The position numbers and the translations under genes are program-made. Of a DNA stretch of 64,000 bases, positions 26,518-37,468 are shown piece by piece. Below the pieces are notes generated by a model, which saw nothing but the letters and a program-made list of their open reading frames with translations, made no database searches and was not told the DNA's origin. The DNA is from Rhodospirillaceae bacterium (GTDB taxonomy: Bacteria > Pseudomonadota > Alphaproteobacteria > Bin65): assembly GCA_009840595.1 (NCBI GenBank), contig VXNK01000005.1:18467-82466 (forward strand), in the 5' to 3' direction. Numbering within the stretch: position 1 is the first letter of the stretch; each line of letters opens with the position of its first letter.

Positions 26518-27669
26518 ATGATCGAAACGATACCCCTGGCGCAGCAACTGATCCGCCGGCCATCCGTCACGCCGAAAGACGAGGGCGCGCTCGACGTGCT
26601 GCTGGCCGCATTGGAGAGCCTCGGCTTCGCCTGCCGGCGCCTGCCCTTCGGCGACGGCGTTGGGCGGGTCGACAACCTTTATGCGCGGCTGGGAACCGCC
26701 ACCCCGAATTTCTGCTTCGCCGGCCATACCGACGTGGTGCCGGAAGGCGACCCGGCCGACTGGACCCACGATCCCTTTGCCGGCGTCGTGACCGGGGGCG
26801 TCCTGCACGGCCGCGGCGCTTCCGACATGAAGGGGGCGATCGCCGCCTTTGTCTCCGCCGTCTCGGACTTCCTGGGCGACCGGAGCGCGGACTTCGGCGG
26901 CTCGATCAGCCTGTTGATTACGGGAGACGAGGAAGGCGACGCGATCAACGGCACCCGGAAGGTGCTGGAATGGCTCGACGGGCAGGGCGAGCGGCTCGAC
27001 ATGTGCCTCGTCGGCGAGCCGACCAACCCGGAAGCCCTGGGCGACATGATCAAGATCGGCCGGCGCGGCAGCCTTACCGGCCAGGTGACGGTCCGCGGGA
27101 TTCAGGGACACACGGCCTATCCTCATCTTGCCGACAATCCCGTGCATCGGCTGGTGAGAATGCTCGGCGCGATCACCGACACGAAGATCGACGACGGCAC
27201 TGAGCACTTCCAGGCGACCACGCTACAGGTCTCGACAGTCGACGTCGGCAATCCCGCCGCCAACGTCATCCCGGCGCGGGCCGGCGCGACCTTCAACGCA
27301 CGCTTCAACGACCTCTGGTCAGGCAAAAGCCTCGAAACCTGGGTGCGTGAGCGGTTCGACGCCGCCATCGGCGATGGCGGCGTTTACCACCTTTCCGTCC
27401 GCGTTTCCGGCGAATCCTTCCTGTGCCCGCCGGGTCCGCTGTCCGACGCCATCGCCGAAGCGGCCGCGGACGAGCTCGGCCGGCGCCCGGAACTGAGCAC
27501 CACCGGCGGCACATCCGACGCCCGTTTTATCCACCGCTACTGCCCCGTTGCCGAATTCGGCGCCATCGGCAAGACCATGCACAAGGTCGACGAGCAGGTG
27601 CCGGTCGCCGACCTGGAAGCGCTGGCCCGCATCTACCGGCGTGTGCTGGACAGGATTTTTCCGGCGTAG
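26518..27669 (+). CDS. dapE: Succinyl-diaminopimelate desuccinylase
   Basis: [41 protein letters not shown]. Confidence 0.97.
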   Translation: MIETIPLAQQLIRRPSVTPKDEGALDVLLAALESLGFACRRLPFGDGVGRVDNLYARLGTATPNFCFAGHTDVVPEGDPADWTHDPFAGVVTGGVLHGRGASDMKGAIAAFVSAVSDFLGDRSADFGGSISLLITGDEEGDAINGTRKVLEWLDGQGERLDMCLVGEPTNPEALGDMIKIGRRGSLTGQVTVRGIQGHTAYPHLADNPVHRLVRMLGAITDTKIDDGTEHFQATTLQVSTVDVGNPAANVIPARAGATFNARFNDLWSGKSLETWVRERFDAAIGDGGVYHLSVRVSGESFLCPPGPLSDAIAEAAADELGRRPELSTTGGTSDARFIHRYCPVAEFGAIGKTMHKVDEQVPVADLEALARIYRRVLDRIFPA

Positions 27670-27738
27670 CCGGATGCTCCGGAACGCGGGCGGATTGGCC
27701 CCTGTCCGCGACAGCGAAAACGCGCAACACTTACGGCT

Positions 27739-28461
27739 ATGCCCGACCTGACCGAAGGTTTCGCCGCGGCTTTCCGGCTGCTGTTCGGCTTCGACGCCGA
27801 CCTGTGGGAAATCATCGTCCTGTCGCTGGAAGTGAACCTGGCGGCAGTCGTCCTGTCCTGCCTGATCGGCCTGCCGCTCGGCGGCGCGCTGGCGGTGTAC
27901 CGGTTCCGCGGCCGCAAGGCGGTTATTGTTCTGGTCAACGCCCTGATGGGTCTGCCTCCGGTCGTCGTCGGCCTGCTGGTCTACCTGATCCTGTCGCGCA
28001 GCGGGCCTCTGGGCAGCCTCAATATCCTCTTCACACCCGGCGCCATGGTGATCGCCCAGGCCATCCTCGTGACGCCCATCGTCACCGCGCTCACCCGCCA
28101 GATCATCGAAAACCTGTGGCAGGATTATCGCGAGCAGCTCACGTCGCTGGGCAGCAGCCGGCGGCGCGCCATTCCGACGCTCCTGTGGGACGGTCGGACC
28201 GCGGTGCTGACGGCAGTCCTTGCCGGCTTCGGCCGGGCGGCCGCCGAGGTCGGCGCGGTCATCATCGTCGGCGGCAACATCGCCCACCACACGCGCACCA
28301 TGACGACGGCGATCGCCCTCGAAACCGGGCGCGGCAACCTCGCCCTGGCGCTGGGCCTCGGCATCGTGCTCGTCACGCTCGCCATCCTTCTGAACGCCGC
28401 GGCGTGGATGGTGCGCGAGCGCAGCACGCCGGAAGCGGCGCTGGTCGCCGCAAGCCGGTAG
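27739..28461 (+). CDS. tupB: Tungstate ABC permease
   Basis: LMGLPPVVVGL, GGNIAHHTRTMTTAIALET. Confidence 0.88.
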   Translation: MPDLTEGFAAAFRLLFGFDADLWEIIVLSLEVNLAAVVLSCLIGLPLGGALAVYRFRGRKAVIVLVNALMGLPPVVVGLLVYLILSRSGPLGSLNILFTPGAMVIAQAILVTPIVTALTRQIIENLWQDYREQLTSLGSSRRRAIPTLLWDGRTAVLTAVLAGFGRAAAEVGAVIIVGGNIAHHTRTMTTAIALETGRGNLALALGLGIVLVTLAILLNAAAWMVRERSTPEAALVAASR

Positions 28462-28470
28462 GAGCGCCCG

Positions 28471-29193
28471 ATGGAAGCCCCGAGCATCCTGCCGCTGGCG
28501 CTGGAGGATATTTCGCTCCGCCACGACGGCCAGCAAATCCTCGACCGCATCAACATGCTGGTCGCCCGGCGGCGGACGACCGTCGTCCTGGGCCCGAACG
28601 GCGCCGGCAAGAGCATGTTGCTCAAGGTCGCCCACGGCCTGATCGCGCCGGACAGCGGCGCCGTCCGCTGGTCCGGCCTGTCCGGCGCGGCGGCGCACGC
28701 GCGCCAGGCCATGGTGTTCCAGAAGCCGGTCCTCCTGAACCGCTCGGTGCTGGCGAACATCGTGCACGCCGTCCGCCTGCAGGGCATCGCAAGGGCGAAG
28801 GCGGTCCACCGGGCGCACACGGCGCTGGACTATGTCGGCCTCGGCGACATGGCCGTCCGGCCGGCGCGCAGCCTGTCCGGCGGCGAGCAGCAGCGTCTGT
28901 CCTTCGCCCGGGCCTGGGCGCGCGATCCGGAGGTCCTGTTCCTCGACGAACCGACGGCGAGCCTGGACCCGGCGGCGAGTTGGAGCATCGAGCAGATCAT
29001 CGTCGAACTGCGCCGCGAGGGCCGGACGGCAATCCTGTCGACCCACGATCTCGCCATGGCCCGGCGGCTCGCCGACGATCTGGTTTTCCTGCACCGCGGC
29101 CGTGCACTGGAGGCCGGCGCGGCGGCACAGCTGTTTGCCGACCCGAAGACGCCGGAACTGGCGGCATTCCTCAAAGGGGAATTGCATTGGTAA
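28471..29193 (+). CDS. tupC: Tungstate ABC ATPase
   Basis: GPNGAGKS, MVFQKPV, LSGGEQQR, LDEPTASLDP; between tupB and tupA. Confidence 0.88.
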   Translation: MEAPSILPLALEDISLRHDGQQILDRINMLVARRRTTVVLGPNGAGKSMLLKVAHGLIAPDSGAVRWSGLSGAAAHARQAMVFQKPVLLNRSVLANIVHAVRLQGIARAKAVHRAHTALDYVGLGDMAVRPARSLSGGEQQRLSFARAWARDPEVLFLDEPTASLDPAASWSIEQIIVELRREGRTAILSTHDLAMARRLADDLVFLHRGRALEAGAAAQLFADPKTPELAAFLKGELHW

Positions 29194-30020
29194 GAGCGAT
29201 CGGCGCGCTCTTTCTCGCCGCGGCCATGACGGCCTCCGCCCCCGCACCGGCCGAAACCATTCGGGTCGCCTCGACGACCTCGACCGAAGCCTCCGGCCTG
29301 TTCGACCATCTTTTGCCCAAATTCACGGCGGCGACCGGCATCCGCGTCCGGGTAATCGCCGTCGGCACCGGCCAGGCGATCCGGCTGGCCCGGCGCGGCG
29401 ACGCCGACGTTCTCCTGGTACACCACCGGCCGTCGGAAGAGGCGTTCGTGCGCGAGGGCTACGGCCGGCGCCGCCATCCCCTGATGCACAACGATTTCGT
29501 CATCGTCGGCCCGGCCCCCGATCCGGCCGGCATCCGCGGTTCGAAAGACGCCGTTGCGGCGCTCGAGAAAATCCGCGGCGCAAGGGCGATGTTCCTGTCC
29601 CGGGGCGACGACAGCGGCACCCACCGGCGCGAACGCAGCCTGTGGCGGGAGGCCGGGACCGCCCCGTCCGAACGGTCCGGCTGGTACCGGGAAATCGGCG
29701 CCGGCATGGGCCGGACCCTGAATACCGCGGCGGCGATGCCGGCCTACACGCTGGTCGACCGCGGCACATGGCTGTCCTTCGGCAACCGGGGGCCGCTGCG
29801 CCTGCTGGTGGAAGGCGACAGGCGCCTGCGCAATCCATACGGCGTGATTGCGGTCAGTCCGAAGAAGCATCCGCACGTCAGGGCGGGGGCAGCCCGGCAG
29901 TTCATAGACTGGCTGGTTTCCGAAGCCGGGCAGCGCGCCATCGGCAGTTTCCGGATCGGAGGCGAGGTGCTTTTCCACCCGGTGGCGCGGCCGGCAGGCA
30001 GCCGGGCGCCGGTTCAATGA
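29187..30020 (+). CDS. tupA: Tungstate-binding protein
   Basis: ASTTSTEASGLFDHLLP, VGTGQA, NDFVIVGP, FLSRGDDSGTH; TTG start after AAGGGG. Confidence 0.9.
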   Translation: MVRAIGALFLAAAMTASAPAPAETIRVASTTSTEASGLFDHLLPKFTAATGIRVRVIAVGTGQAIRLARRGDADVLLVHHRPSEEAFVREGYGRRRHPLMHNDFVIVGPAPDPAGIRGSKDAVAALEKIRGARAMFLSRGDDSGTHRRERSLWREAGTAPSERSGWYREIGAGMGRTLNTAAAMPAYTLVDRGTWLSFGNRGPLRLLVEGDRRLRNPYGVIAVSPKKHPHVRAGAARQFIDWLVSEAGQRAIGSFRIGGEVLFHPVARPAGSRAPVQ

Positions 30021-30586
30021 CGATCTGGGAAGAGGCCAGACTGTCGGTGCGCGGCGCGATCCGCGTCCTGCGGCTCGATCCGGACGGGATAGACGATTTC
30101 AACCTGACGATGTCGGGCTACTGGCGCTCCTTCTACGCCGCCCTGTTTCTGCTGCCGCTCTATCTCGTCTATCTGCAGGCCGTGCCGATACCGAAAGGCG
30201 TCGGCGTCGGCCGCTACTGGCTGATCGAGGCGATCAACTATCCGCTGGCCTGGACTCTGTGGCCGCTGTTCGCCTTCTACGTTTGCGCCAGCGCCGGCGT
30301 GGCGCGCCGGTACACGACCTACATCATCATTCACAACTGGGCGCAGGTCCTCCTGTTCGGCGGCCAGATGCTTCTCGTCGTGCTGGCTTACGCCGTCGAT
30401 CCGGGCGGCCCTGGCGCCGGCCTCTTCGTACCGGTCTGGATTGCGGTGCTGGCCGCGGAAACCCTGATCGTCCGTCTTGCGCTCGGCGTAACCTGGCCTC
30501 AGGCGATCCTGATCGAGGCACTGTCCTTCGTCACCGCCCTGCTATTGAGCCTGGCCAAGCAATTCGTGATGATCGGCGGAGGCTGA
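30017..30586 (+). CDS. Hypothetical multi-pass membrane protein
   Basis: GC3-rich frame, several hydrophobic segments, ATGA overlap with tupA. Confidence 0.75.
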   Translation: MTIWEEARLSVRGAIRVLRLDPDGIDDFNLTMSGYWRSFYAALFLLPLYLVYLQAVPIPKGVGVGRYWLIEAINYPLAWTLWPLFAFYVCASAGVARRYTTYIIIHNWAQVLLFGGQMLLVVLAYAVDPGGPGAGLFVPVWIAVLAAETLIVRLALGVTWPQAILIEALSFVTALLLSLAKQFVMIGGG

Positions 30587-30613
30587 CGCGCCGACACCGG
30601 AAGAGCCGGCCCG

Positions 30614-31378
30614 CTACCAGCGCAGGGTCAGCCGGTCGCCGCTGATCTCGAACGACCGGAACCGCCGGAGGACGGTCACGCCCAGCAACGATATCTGCCC
30701 CTGCCGCAGGACCAGCGCCCGCTGGTTGCGGAAAGTCAGCCCGCCGACCTGGATCGAGTCCAGGACAGCGTGAGCCGCCAGAGCGGCACCGTCGGCTGTC
30801 TGCACCGGCACGGTATAGCGGAGGCGTTCGATATCGAGTCCGGCCGCGACGGCATCGGCGGGCGTAAGGGCCACGCCGGTCGCGCCGGTATCGACCAGCA
30901 TCCGCGCCGGCCGGCCGTTCAGGAATACGTCCATGAAGAAGGTGCCGCTGCCGGAGGCGCGCACGGTCAGGCTGCGCTCACCGTAGATCGCCGCACCAGG
31001 CGAAATTTCTCCCGCAACCCGCTGCCAGACCATTGTGAGTTCGTGGCGGTAGGCATAGCCGGCGACGGCGACGAGGCCGATGGCGCTCCAGGCCAGAATG
31101 GATTTCAGGATACCGCCGATCCTGTGGCGCCCCCGCACCATCAGGCCTCCGCCCAGGAAGATCAGAAGCGCAATCAGAAGGCCGGCGTAGAGGCCGTCTT
31201 CGGCCGAATCGAACACGCCGAAGGCTTCGCCGAGCAGCCAGCCGGCACCGGCCAGGCCGCCGAGGATGGCAGCGACGATGAGGAATGTCGGCAGAAGGTC
31301 GCGGATTGTGTCACCGCTTGCCGAACTGCGGTCGCGCCGGCGCTCGTCGTTGCCGCCGAAGCCCCAGGGATCCTCCAT
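30614..31378 (-). CDS. Clan AA (TIGR02281-type) aspartic protease with N-terminal TM helices
   Basis: MLVDTGATGVAL, TADG, SLLGVTVL. Confidence 0.9.
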   Translation of the reverse strand: MEDPWGFGGNDERRRDRSSASGDTIRDLLPTFLIVAAILGGLAGAGWLLGEAFGVFDSAEDGLYAGLLIALLIFLGGGLMVRGRHRIGGILKSILAWSAIGLVAVAGYAYRHELTMVWQRVAGEISPGAAIYGERSLTVRASGSGTFFMDVFLNGRPARMLVDTGATGVALTPADAVAAGLDIERLRYTVPVQTADGAALAAHAVLDSIQVGGLTFRNQRALVLRQGQISLLGVTVLRRFRSFEISGDRLTLRW

Positions 31379-31414
31379 ATCGGTTCGCCTGTCGCGGTGC
31401 GCTTCGCCTGCCCC

Positions 31415-32851
31415 TCACGCCGCTTCGGTGCCGCCGACCGTGATGGCGTCGACCCGGACGGTCGGCTGACCGACCCCGACCGGGACGCCCTGCCCGTTCT
31501 TGCCGCAAGTTCCGATCCCATGGTCGAGCTCGAGATCGTGGCCGATCATCGAGACCCGGTTCATCACCTCCGGCCCGTTGCCGATCAGCGTGGCGCCCTT
31601 GACCGGCGCGCCGACCTTGCCGCCCTCGATCCTGTAGGCCTCGGTGCAATTGAAGGTGAACTTGCCGCTGGTGATATCGACCTGGCCGCCGCCGAAATGG
31701 ACGCAGTAGAGCCCCTTGTCGACCGATTTCAGGATATCGTCCGGCGCCTCTCCGCCCGCCAGCATGAAGGTGTTGGTCATGCGCGGCATCGGATGATGAG
31801 CATAGCTTTCGCGCCGGCCGTTGCCCGTCGGCGCAACGTCCATGAGCCGGGCGTTCAGCCGGTCCTGCATATAGCCCTTGAGAATGCCGTCCTCGATCAG
31901 CACCGTGCGGCCGGTCGGTGTGCCTTCGTCGTCGATCGTGAGCGAACCGCGCCGGTCGGCCATCGTCCCGTCGTCGACCACCGTCACACCCTTTGATGCG
32001 ACCTGCTCGCCGATCCGGCCGGAAAAGGTCGAGGTCCGCTTGCGGTTGAAGTCGCCTTCCAACCCATGGCCGACCGCTTCGTGCAGCAACACCCCGGTCC
32101 AGCCCGGACCGAGAACGACCGGCATTTCGCCCGCCGGCGCCGGCACCGATTCCAGATTGACCAGCGCCTGGCGCAGCGCCTCGTCCACCTGGCCCCGCCA
32201 GCTCGCCGGCTCGAACCAGCCGTCGTAAGCCGCACGGCCGCCCGCCCCGTCGGAGCCGGTCTCCATCCGACCGTCCCGCTCGACGACGACCGAGACATTG
32301 AGGCGGACCAAGGGCCGGATATCGGCAGCACGCTGCCCGTCGCCGCGAACGATCAGCACAGCCTGCCACTCGCCCAGAAGCGACGCCGAAACCTGCCGTA
32401 TACGCCCGTCCTTCGAACGGGCGTATTCGTCGATTTCCTCGAGCAGCTTCACCTTGCGCTCGAACGGCATCTCCGTGAGCGGGTTGACCGGGGCATAGAG
32501 CGCGCGGTTCGTGCCGCGCGGGCCGTCGGCCAGCGTGCCGCTGTGCCCGGCGAGGACCGCGCGCACCGCGGTCGCGGCCCGCCCGATGGCCTCTTCGGAC
32601 AGTTCCGAAGCGTGGGCGTAGCCCGTCGCCTCGCCGGCCATCGTGCGCAGGCCGAAACCTTGGCTCTCGTCGAAGGTTGCGCTTTTCAGCCGGCCGTCGT
32701 CATACACCAGACTCTCGGACTGGGTGTATTCGAGGAACAACTCGCCGTCGTCGGCGCCGTGCAACGCGTCCGCCGCAAGGCGGTCCACCCGCGCGCGGTC
32801 CATGCCGGTCCGGTCGAAAAATAGGCTGTCAGCCGTTGCGATGTCGCTCAT
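31415..32851 (-). CDS. tldD: Metalloprotease TldD
   Basis: [53 protein letters not shown]. Confidence 0.97.
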   Translation of the reverse strand: MSDIATADSLFFDRTGMDRARVDRLAADALHGADDGELFLEYTQSESLVYDDGRLKSATFDESQGFGLRTMAGEATGYAHASELSEEAIGRAATAVRAVLAGHSGTLADGPRGTNRALYAPVNPLTEMPFERKVKLLEEIDEYARSKDGRIRQVSASLLGEWQAVLIVRGDGQRAADIRPLVRLNVSVVVERDGRMETGSDGAGGRAAYDGWFEPASWRGQVDEALRQALVNLESVPAPAGEMPVVLGPGWTGVLLHEAVGHGLEGDFNRKRTSTFSGRIGEQVASKGVTVVDDGTMADRRGSLTIDDEGTPTGRTVLIEDGILKGYMQDRLNARLMDVAPTGNGRRESYAHHPMPRMTNTFMLAGGEAPDDILKSVDKGLYCVHFGGGQVDITSGKFTFNCTEAYRIEGGKVGAPVKGATLIGNGPEVMNRVSMIGHDLELDHGIGTCGKNGQGVPVGVGQPTVRVDAITVGGTEAA

Positions 32852-33205
32852 GGAATTTCCGGTTCAAATCGCTCCTCTGCAAAGAATGGCGTTCGGGGCG
32901 CGCAGGGTAAAGGGGCCGCGCCGGAATTTCCCCGCGCGGCAGGGGCGCGGCGTCTCCCTTCCCGGCGCAACCGGGCATCCGCCGCGACAAATCCCGCGGT
33001 TCCGCCGCTTGCCGGGCCGCAGGGGGCTGGCTATATAGCGCGCTCTGCATCGCATTGCAGAGGGCAGCGCTGCGGCCTCCGGGTTTGCGGCGCTTTGCTG
33101 TGGCGGCCGGGCTCTGTACGGGCATGCCTCGGGCCGCCGAACCGGACGATCCGGCGCGGCGAAGATATCGACTTCAGCCGCGCGCGCCTTCAGGAGAAGA
33201 CCGAA

Positions 33206-33406
33206 ATGCCCAAGCTGAAGACCAAGAGCTCCGTCAAGAAACGGTTCAAGTTGACCGGCAGCGGCAAGATCAAGCGCAATTTCGCGTTCCGCAGCCACAA
33301 TTTGACCAAGCGGTCCACGACGATGAAGCGGACCAACCGGGGATCGACCATTCTCGACAAGTCGAACGAGAAGACGATCCGGCCGATGATGCCCTACGCC
33401 AAGTAA
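33206..33406 (+). CDS. rpmI: 50S ribosomal protein L35
   Basis: [21 protein letters not shown]; AGGAG RBS. Confidence 0.98.
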   Translation: MPKLKTKSSVKKRFKLTGSGKIKRNFAFRSHNLTKRSTTMKRTNRGSTILDKSNEKTIRPMMPYAK

Positions 33407-33469
33407 AGGTTTATCGAACGACGGCCTGACGCCGGTTCCCTTCCCCTTCAGAATCAAGAGGTTCGTTTC

Positions 33470-33826
33470 ATGGCGCGAGTCAAACGGGGCGTCACCAAAC
33501 ACGCCCGCCACCGCAAGATCGTCAAACAGGCCAAGGGCGCGCGGGGCCGGCAGAAGAACACCTTCCGCGCGGCCAACCAGCGGGTCGAGAAGAACCTGCT
33601 CTACGCCTATCGCGACCGCAAGGTGCGCAAGCGCAGTTTCCGCAGCCTGTGGATCCAGCGCATCAACGCCGGCGTCCGCGAACACGGCCTGACCTACAGC
33701 CAGTTCGTCAACGGCCTCAACAAGGCCGGCATCGAGTTGGACCGCAAAGTGCTGGCCGACATGGCCGTGCGCGACGCCGAGTCCTTCAAGGCGGTCGTCG
33801 ACGCGGCGCAGAAGGCGCTGGAATAG
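33470..33826 (+). CDS. rplT: 50S ribosomal protein L20
   Basis: [29 protein letters not shown]. Confidence 0.99.
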   Translation: MARVKRGVTKHARHRKIVKQAKGARGRQKNTFRAANQRVEKNLLYAYRDRKVRKRSFRSLWIQRINAGVREHGLTYSQFVNGLNKAGIELDRKVLADMAVRDAESFKAVVDAAQKALE

Positions 33827-33880
33827 CCTACCGGGCGGCCCCCGCGTCTTCCGCCCCACGACCCTCTCCGGACCGGCCCG

Positions 33881-34969
33881 ATGAGCGAGCTCGATACCCT
33901 GCGCACCGAATTGCTGGCTGCGGTAGAGGCCGCGGCCGACCTGAAAGCGCTGGACGCCGCGCGGGTCGAGGCGCTGGGCAAGAAGGGGCGCATCACCGGC
34001 CGGATGAAAACGCTGGGCGGTATGGACCCGGAAGCACGCCGGGAAACGGGCCGTGCGCTCAACGGCCTCAAGGACGAGATCGCCGCCGCCGTCGAGGCCC
34101 GCAAGGCGGCGCTGGAAGACGCCGAGCTGGACGCCCGGCTGGCCGAAGAGAAGATCGACATATCCCTGCCTGCGCGCTCGACCCCGATGGGCCGCATCCA
34201 CCCGATCAGCCAGACGATCGAGGAAGTCAGCGCCATCTTCGGCGATATGGGCTTCTCGGTCGTCGAGGGCCCGGACATCGAGACGGACTGGCACAATTTC
34301 ACGGCGCTGAATTTCCCGGAAGGCCATCCGGCGCGGGAAATGCAGGATACCTTCTACCTGCCGCCCAAGGACGACGGCACGAAAATGGTGCTGCGCACCC
34401 ATACGTCGCCGGTCCAGGTGCGTACGATGATGGAGCGCAAGCCGCCGATCCGGATCCTGGTGCCGGGCCGTACCTACCGGAGCGACTGGGACCAGACCCA
34501 CACCCCGATGTTCCACCAGTTCGAGGGGCTGGTGATCGACGAAACGACCCATATGGGCCACCTGAAAGGCTGCCTGATCGATTTCTGCAAGGCCTATTTC
34601 GAGATCGACGACGTCAAGCTGAACTTCCGTCCGTCCTTCTTCCCCTTCACCGAGCCGTCGGCGGAGGTGGACATCGCCTGCAACAAGAAGGACGGCCAAC
34701 TCCGTTTCGGCCATTTCGGCGACGGCCATGACGACTGGCTCGAAATCCTCGGCTGCGGCATGGTCCATCCGAACGTGCTGAAGAATTGCGGCCTCGATCC
34801 GGAGGTCCATCAGGGCTTCGCCTTCGGCATGGGCTGCGAGCGGGTCGCCATGCTGAAATACGGCATCCCGGACGGCCGCAGCTTCTTCGAGAACGACGTG
34901 CGCTGGATGGCGCATTACGGCTTCCTGCCGCTCGACGTACCGACGCTGACCGGCGGCCTGTCGCAATAA
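33881..34969 (+). CDS. pheS: Phenylalanyl-tRNA synthetase alpha subunit
   Basis: [39 protein letters not shown]. Confidence 0.99.
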   Translation: MSELDTLRTELLAAVEAAADLKALDAARVEALGKKGRITGRMKTLGGMDPEARRETGRALNGLKDEIAAAVEARKAALEDAELDARLAEEKIDISLPARSTPMGRIHPISQTIEEVSAIFGDMGFSVVEGPDIETDWHNFTALNFPEGHPAREMQDTFYLPPKDDGTKMVLRTHTSPVQVRTMMERKPPIRILVPGRTYRSDWDQTHTPMFHQFEGLVIDETTHMGHLKGCLIDFCKAYFEIDDVKLNFRPSFFPFTEPSAEVDIACNKKDGQLRFGHFGDGHDDWLEILGCGMVHPNVLKNCGLDPEVHQGFAFGMGCERVAMLKYGIPDGRSFFENDVRWMAHYGFLPLDVPTLTGGLSQ

Positions 34970-34997
34970 CCGTGCCCTGCCGGCCGGCGCGCTGCGC

Positions 34998-35753
34998 TCA
35001 GTAAATCACCCTTTCGAGATACAGCCCGCAGGCCGGGGCCGTCGCGCCGGCTTTCTTTCGGTCGGCGGCACGCAGGACCGTCGCCAGCCAGGTGACGGGC
35101 TTCTTGCCTTCGCCCACCGGGGCCAGCGTGCCAACGATGTTGCGCACCTGGTGGTGCAGGAAGGACGGCGCACGCAGGGCGATCTCGATCTCCTCGCCGT
35201 AGCGCGAAACCCGGATGTCCGTGAGTGTTTTGACCGGCGAGGTCGCCTGGCACTCCGCGGCGCGGAAGCTGGTGAAGTCGTGATGGCCGATCAGCGGCAG
35301 CGCCGCTTCGTGCATCGCTTCGGCGTCGAGCGGCCGGCCGACCTGCCAGGCTTTGCCGGCGTCCAGCGTGAGCGGCGCCCGGCGGTTGACGATCCGGTAG
35401 CGGTAGCGCCGCTCGACGGCGGAGAAACGGGCGTGAAAGCCCTCATCCACCTGCTCGGCCCCGGTCACCGCGATGGGCCGGGGTTTCAGGTGGTAGTTCA
35501 GCGCCTCCTTGATGCGAAAGGGCTCGGCCTCGCGCGCGATGTCGATATGCGCGACCTGGGCCAGCGCGTGGACGCCCGAATCGGTCCGCCCGGCGGCGTA
35601 GGCGACGGTCTGCTCGCCGCAGAACTTCTCGACCGCTTCCTCGAGGCATTGCTGGACCGAGAGGCCGTTCTCCTGCCGCTGCCAGCCGACGAACGGCCCG
35701 CCGTCGTATTCCAGCATCAGCTTGAAGCGCCGGGTCAAGACAGGCCGCGTCAC
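34998..35753 (-). CDS. truA: tRNA pseudouridine(38-40) synthase
   Basis: EYDG.PFVGWQRQ, AGRTDSGVHA, FHARFSA, HDFTSFRA, FLHHQVR; GTG start overlaps fmt stop. Confidence 0.97.
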   Translation of the reverse strand: MTRPVLTRRFKLMLEYDGGPFVGWQRQENGLSVQQCLEEAVEKFCGEQTVAYAAGRTDSGVHALAQVAHIDIAREAEPFRIKEALNYHLKPRPIAVTGAEQVDEGFHARFSAVERRYRYRIVNRRAPLTLDAGKAWQVGRPLDAEAMHEAALPLIGHHDFTSFRAAECQATSPVKTLTDIRVSRYGEEIEIALRAPSFLHHQVRNIVGTLAPVGEGKKPVTWLATVLRAADRKKAGATAPACGLYLERVIY

Positions 35754-36676
35754 GACAGAATCGTCCCGGCCGGAATGGCGAAGCCGCGCAACAGGTCGGC
35801 GGCGGCCATCGGGGCCTTGCCTTGGCGCTGCACCCGGAGCGGCCGCAAGGCGCCCGCGCCGCAGGCGACCGTTAGAGCGTCGTCCAGCACTGTTCCTGGC
35901 GAGCCGGCCCCGTCGGCGAGATCGGCACTGAGCACGCGGATACGCCGGCCGCCCGTTTCGAAGAAGGCGCCGGGCACGGGATCGAAGGCACGCACGGTGC
36001 GTTCGATGTGCGATGCGGGCTGCGACCAGTCGATCCGCGCCTCGGCCTTGTCGATTCTGCTGGCGTAGGTGTCGCCCGCCCTGGGCTGAAGCCGCGGCGC
36101 GAGATCGCCAGCGGAGTCCGCGCCGTCGAGCCAGGCCAGAGCTTCCGCGATCGCTTCGGCGCCCAGTACCGCCAGAGAGTCGTGCAAGGAACCGCCGGTC
36201 GTCGTTTCGGCAATCGGGATGCGCCGCTGCAAGAGGATCGGGCCGGTATCGAGGCCGGGATCCATCTGCATGATCGTCACCCCGGTTTCCGCGTCGCCGG
36301 CCTGGATCGCCCGCTGGATCGGCGCCGCGCCCCGCCAGCGCGGCAGCAGCGAGGCGTGGATGTTGAGGCAACCGTGCACCGGCGCGTCCAGGACCGCTTG
36401 AGGCAGGATCAGACCGTAGGCGACGACGACGGCGGCATCCGCCCCCAGCGCCGCAAAGTCCGCAACCGTGCCGGGTTCGCTGAAAGACGCCGGGGTGTGC
36501 ACCGGAATGCCCTGCGCTTCGGCCCAGGCCTGGACCGGCGACGGCCGCAGCGCCTTGCCCCGTCCGGCCCGGCGCGGCGGCTGGGTATAGACTCCGGCCA
36601 GGTCGTGCCCTTCCTCGGCCAGCGCCTTCAGCGCCGTCAGCGCAAAGTCCGGCGTGCCCATGAAGATCAGGCGCAT
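35750..36676 (-). CDS. fmt: Methionyl-tRNA formyltransferase
   Basis: FMGTPDFA, NIHASLLPRWRGAAPIQ, MDPGLDTGP. Confidence 0.98.
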   Translation of the reverse strand: MRLIFMGTPDFALTALKALAEEGHDLAGVYTQPPRRAGRGKALRPSPVQAWAEAQGIPVHTPASFSEPGTVADFAALGADAAVVVAYGLILPQAVLDAPVHGCLNIHASLLPRWRGAAPIQRAIQAGDAETGVTIMQMDPGLDTGPILLQRRIPIAETTTGGSLHDSLAVLGAEAIAEALAWLDGADSAGDLAPRLQPRAGDTYASRIDKAEARIDWSQPASHIERTVRAFDPVPGAFFETGGRRIRVLSADLADGAGSPGTVLDDALTVACGAGALRPLRVQRQGKAPMAAADLLRGFAIPAGTILS

Positions 36677-36731
36677 GGCGGTTTCCGGGGATCTGTCCGG
36701 AGCGGCCGGCCCGGCGTCCGGCCCGTCCGGA

Positions 36732-37262
36732 TCACGCAGGCGCCGCCTCTTTCGCGGCGAGCTTCTTTTCCTTCAGCAGCTTGCGCAAAATCATATTGCG
36801 CTTGAGCGCGCTGATGCGGTCGATGAACAGGATGCCGTCCAGATGGTCGATCTCGTGCTGGACGCAGGTGGCCAGCATGCCGTCGGCCTCCAGCTCGCGG
36901 ATTTCGTTGTCCCGGTCCAGATAGCGCACCCGCACCTCGGCCGGGCGCACGACGTCGGCATAGTGCTCCGGAACGCTCAGGCAGCCCTCCTCATGGGTGT
37001 TGTCATGATCCGAAACCCAGAGGATTTCCGGGTTGGCCAGCGCGTGCGGCGCCGGGGGGCTGTCCTTCTCCGAAACGTCGACCACGATCACCCGCTTGAG
37101 TACGCCGACCTGCGGCGCGGCGAGGCCAATGCCCGGCGCGGCATACATGGTCTCCAGCATGTCGTCCATGAGCCGGCGCACGCCGGCGTCGACCTGCTCG
37201 ACGGGTTTCGATTTCTTCTTCAGGCGCGGATCGGGCGCGGTCAGGATCGGCAGCAGCGCCAT
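36732..37262 (-). CDS. def: Peptide deformylase
   Basis: GIGLAAPQ, EGCLSV, QHEIDHL. Confidence 0.98.
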   Translation of the reverse strand: MALLPILTAPDPRLKKKSKPVEQVDAGVRRLMDDMLETMYAAPGIGLAAPQVGVLKRVIVVDVSEKDSPPAPHALANPEILWVSDHDNTHEEGCLSVPEHYADVVRPAEVRVRYLDRDNEIRELEADGMLATCVQHEIDHLDGILFIDRISALKRNMILRKLLKEKKLAAKEAAPA

Positions 37263-37468
37263 GGCGGTTTCACCCCGGAAAAGGCCGGTTTCAAGGGTTT
37301 TTGATCGGTTTGCAGATAGGGCCGGCGGCCGGAAAGGTCAACGAAGCGGCGCGCCGCGCGGGCTGGCACCCGATGCCCCGGCCGCCGCCGGGAATCGCCC
37401 GGACCCGCGCCGGTTTCCGCAAGAATAGTCATGGCCGCCGCACGGGCTTGTGATAGGAAGGCCGCGCC

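Noticed and set aside
37364-37376. Sigma-54 promoter TGGCAC...GC upstream of rmuC
   Set aside because: The GG-to-GC spacing is 8 nt rather than the required 10
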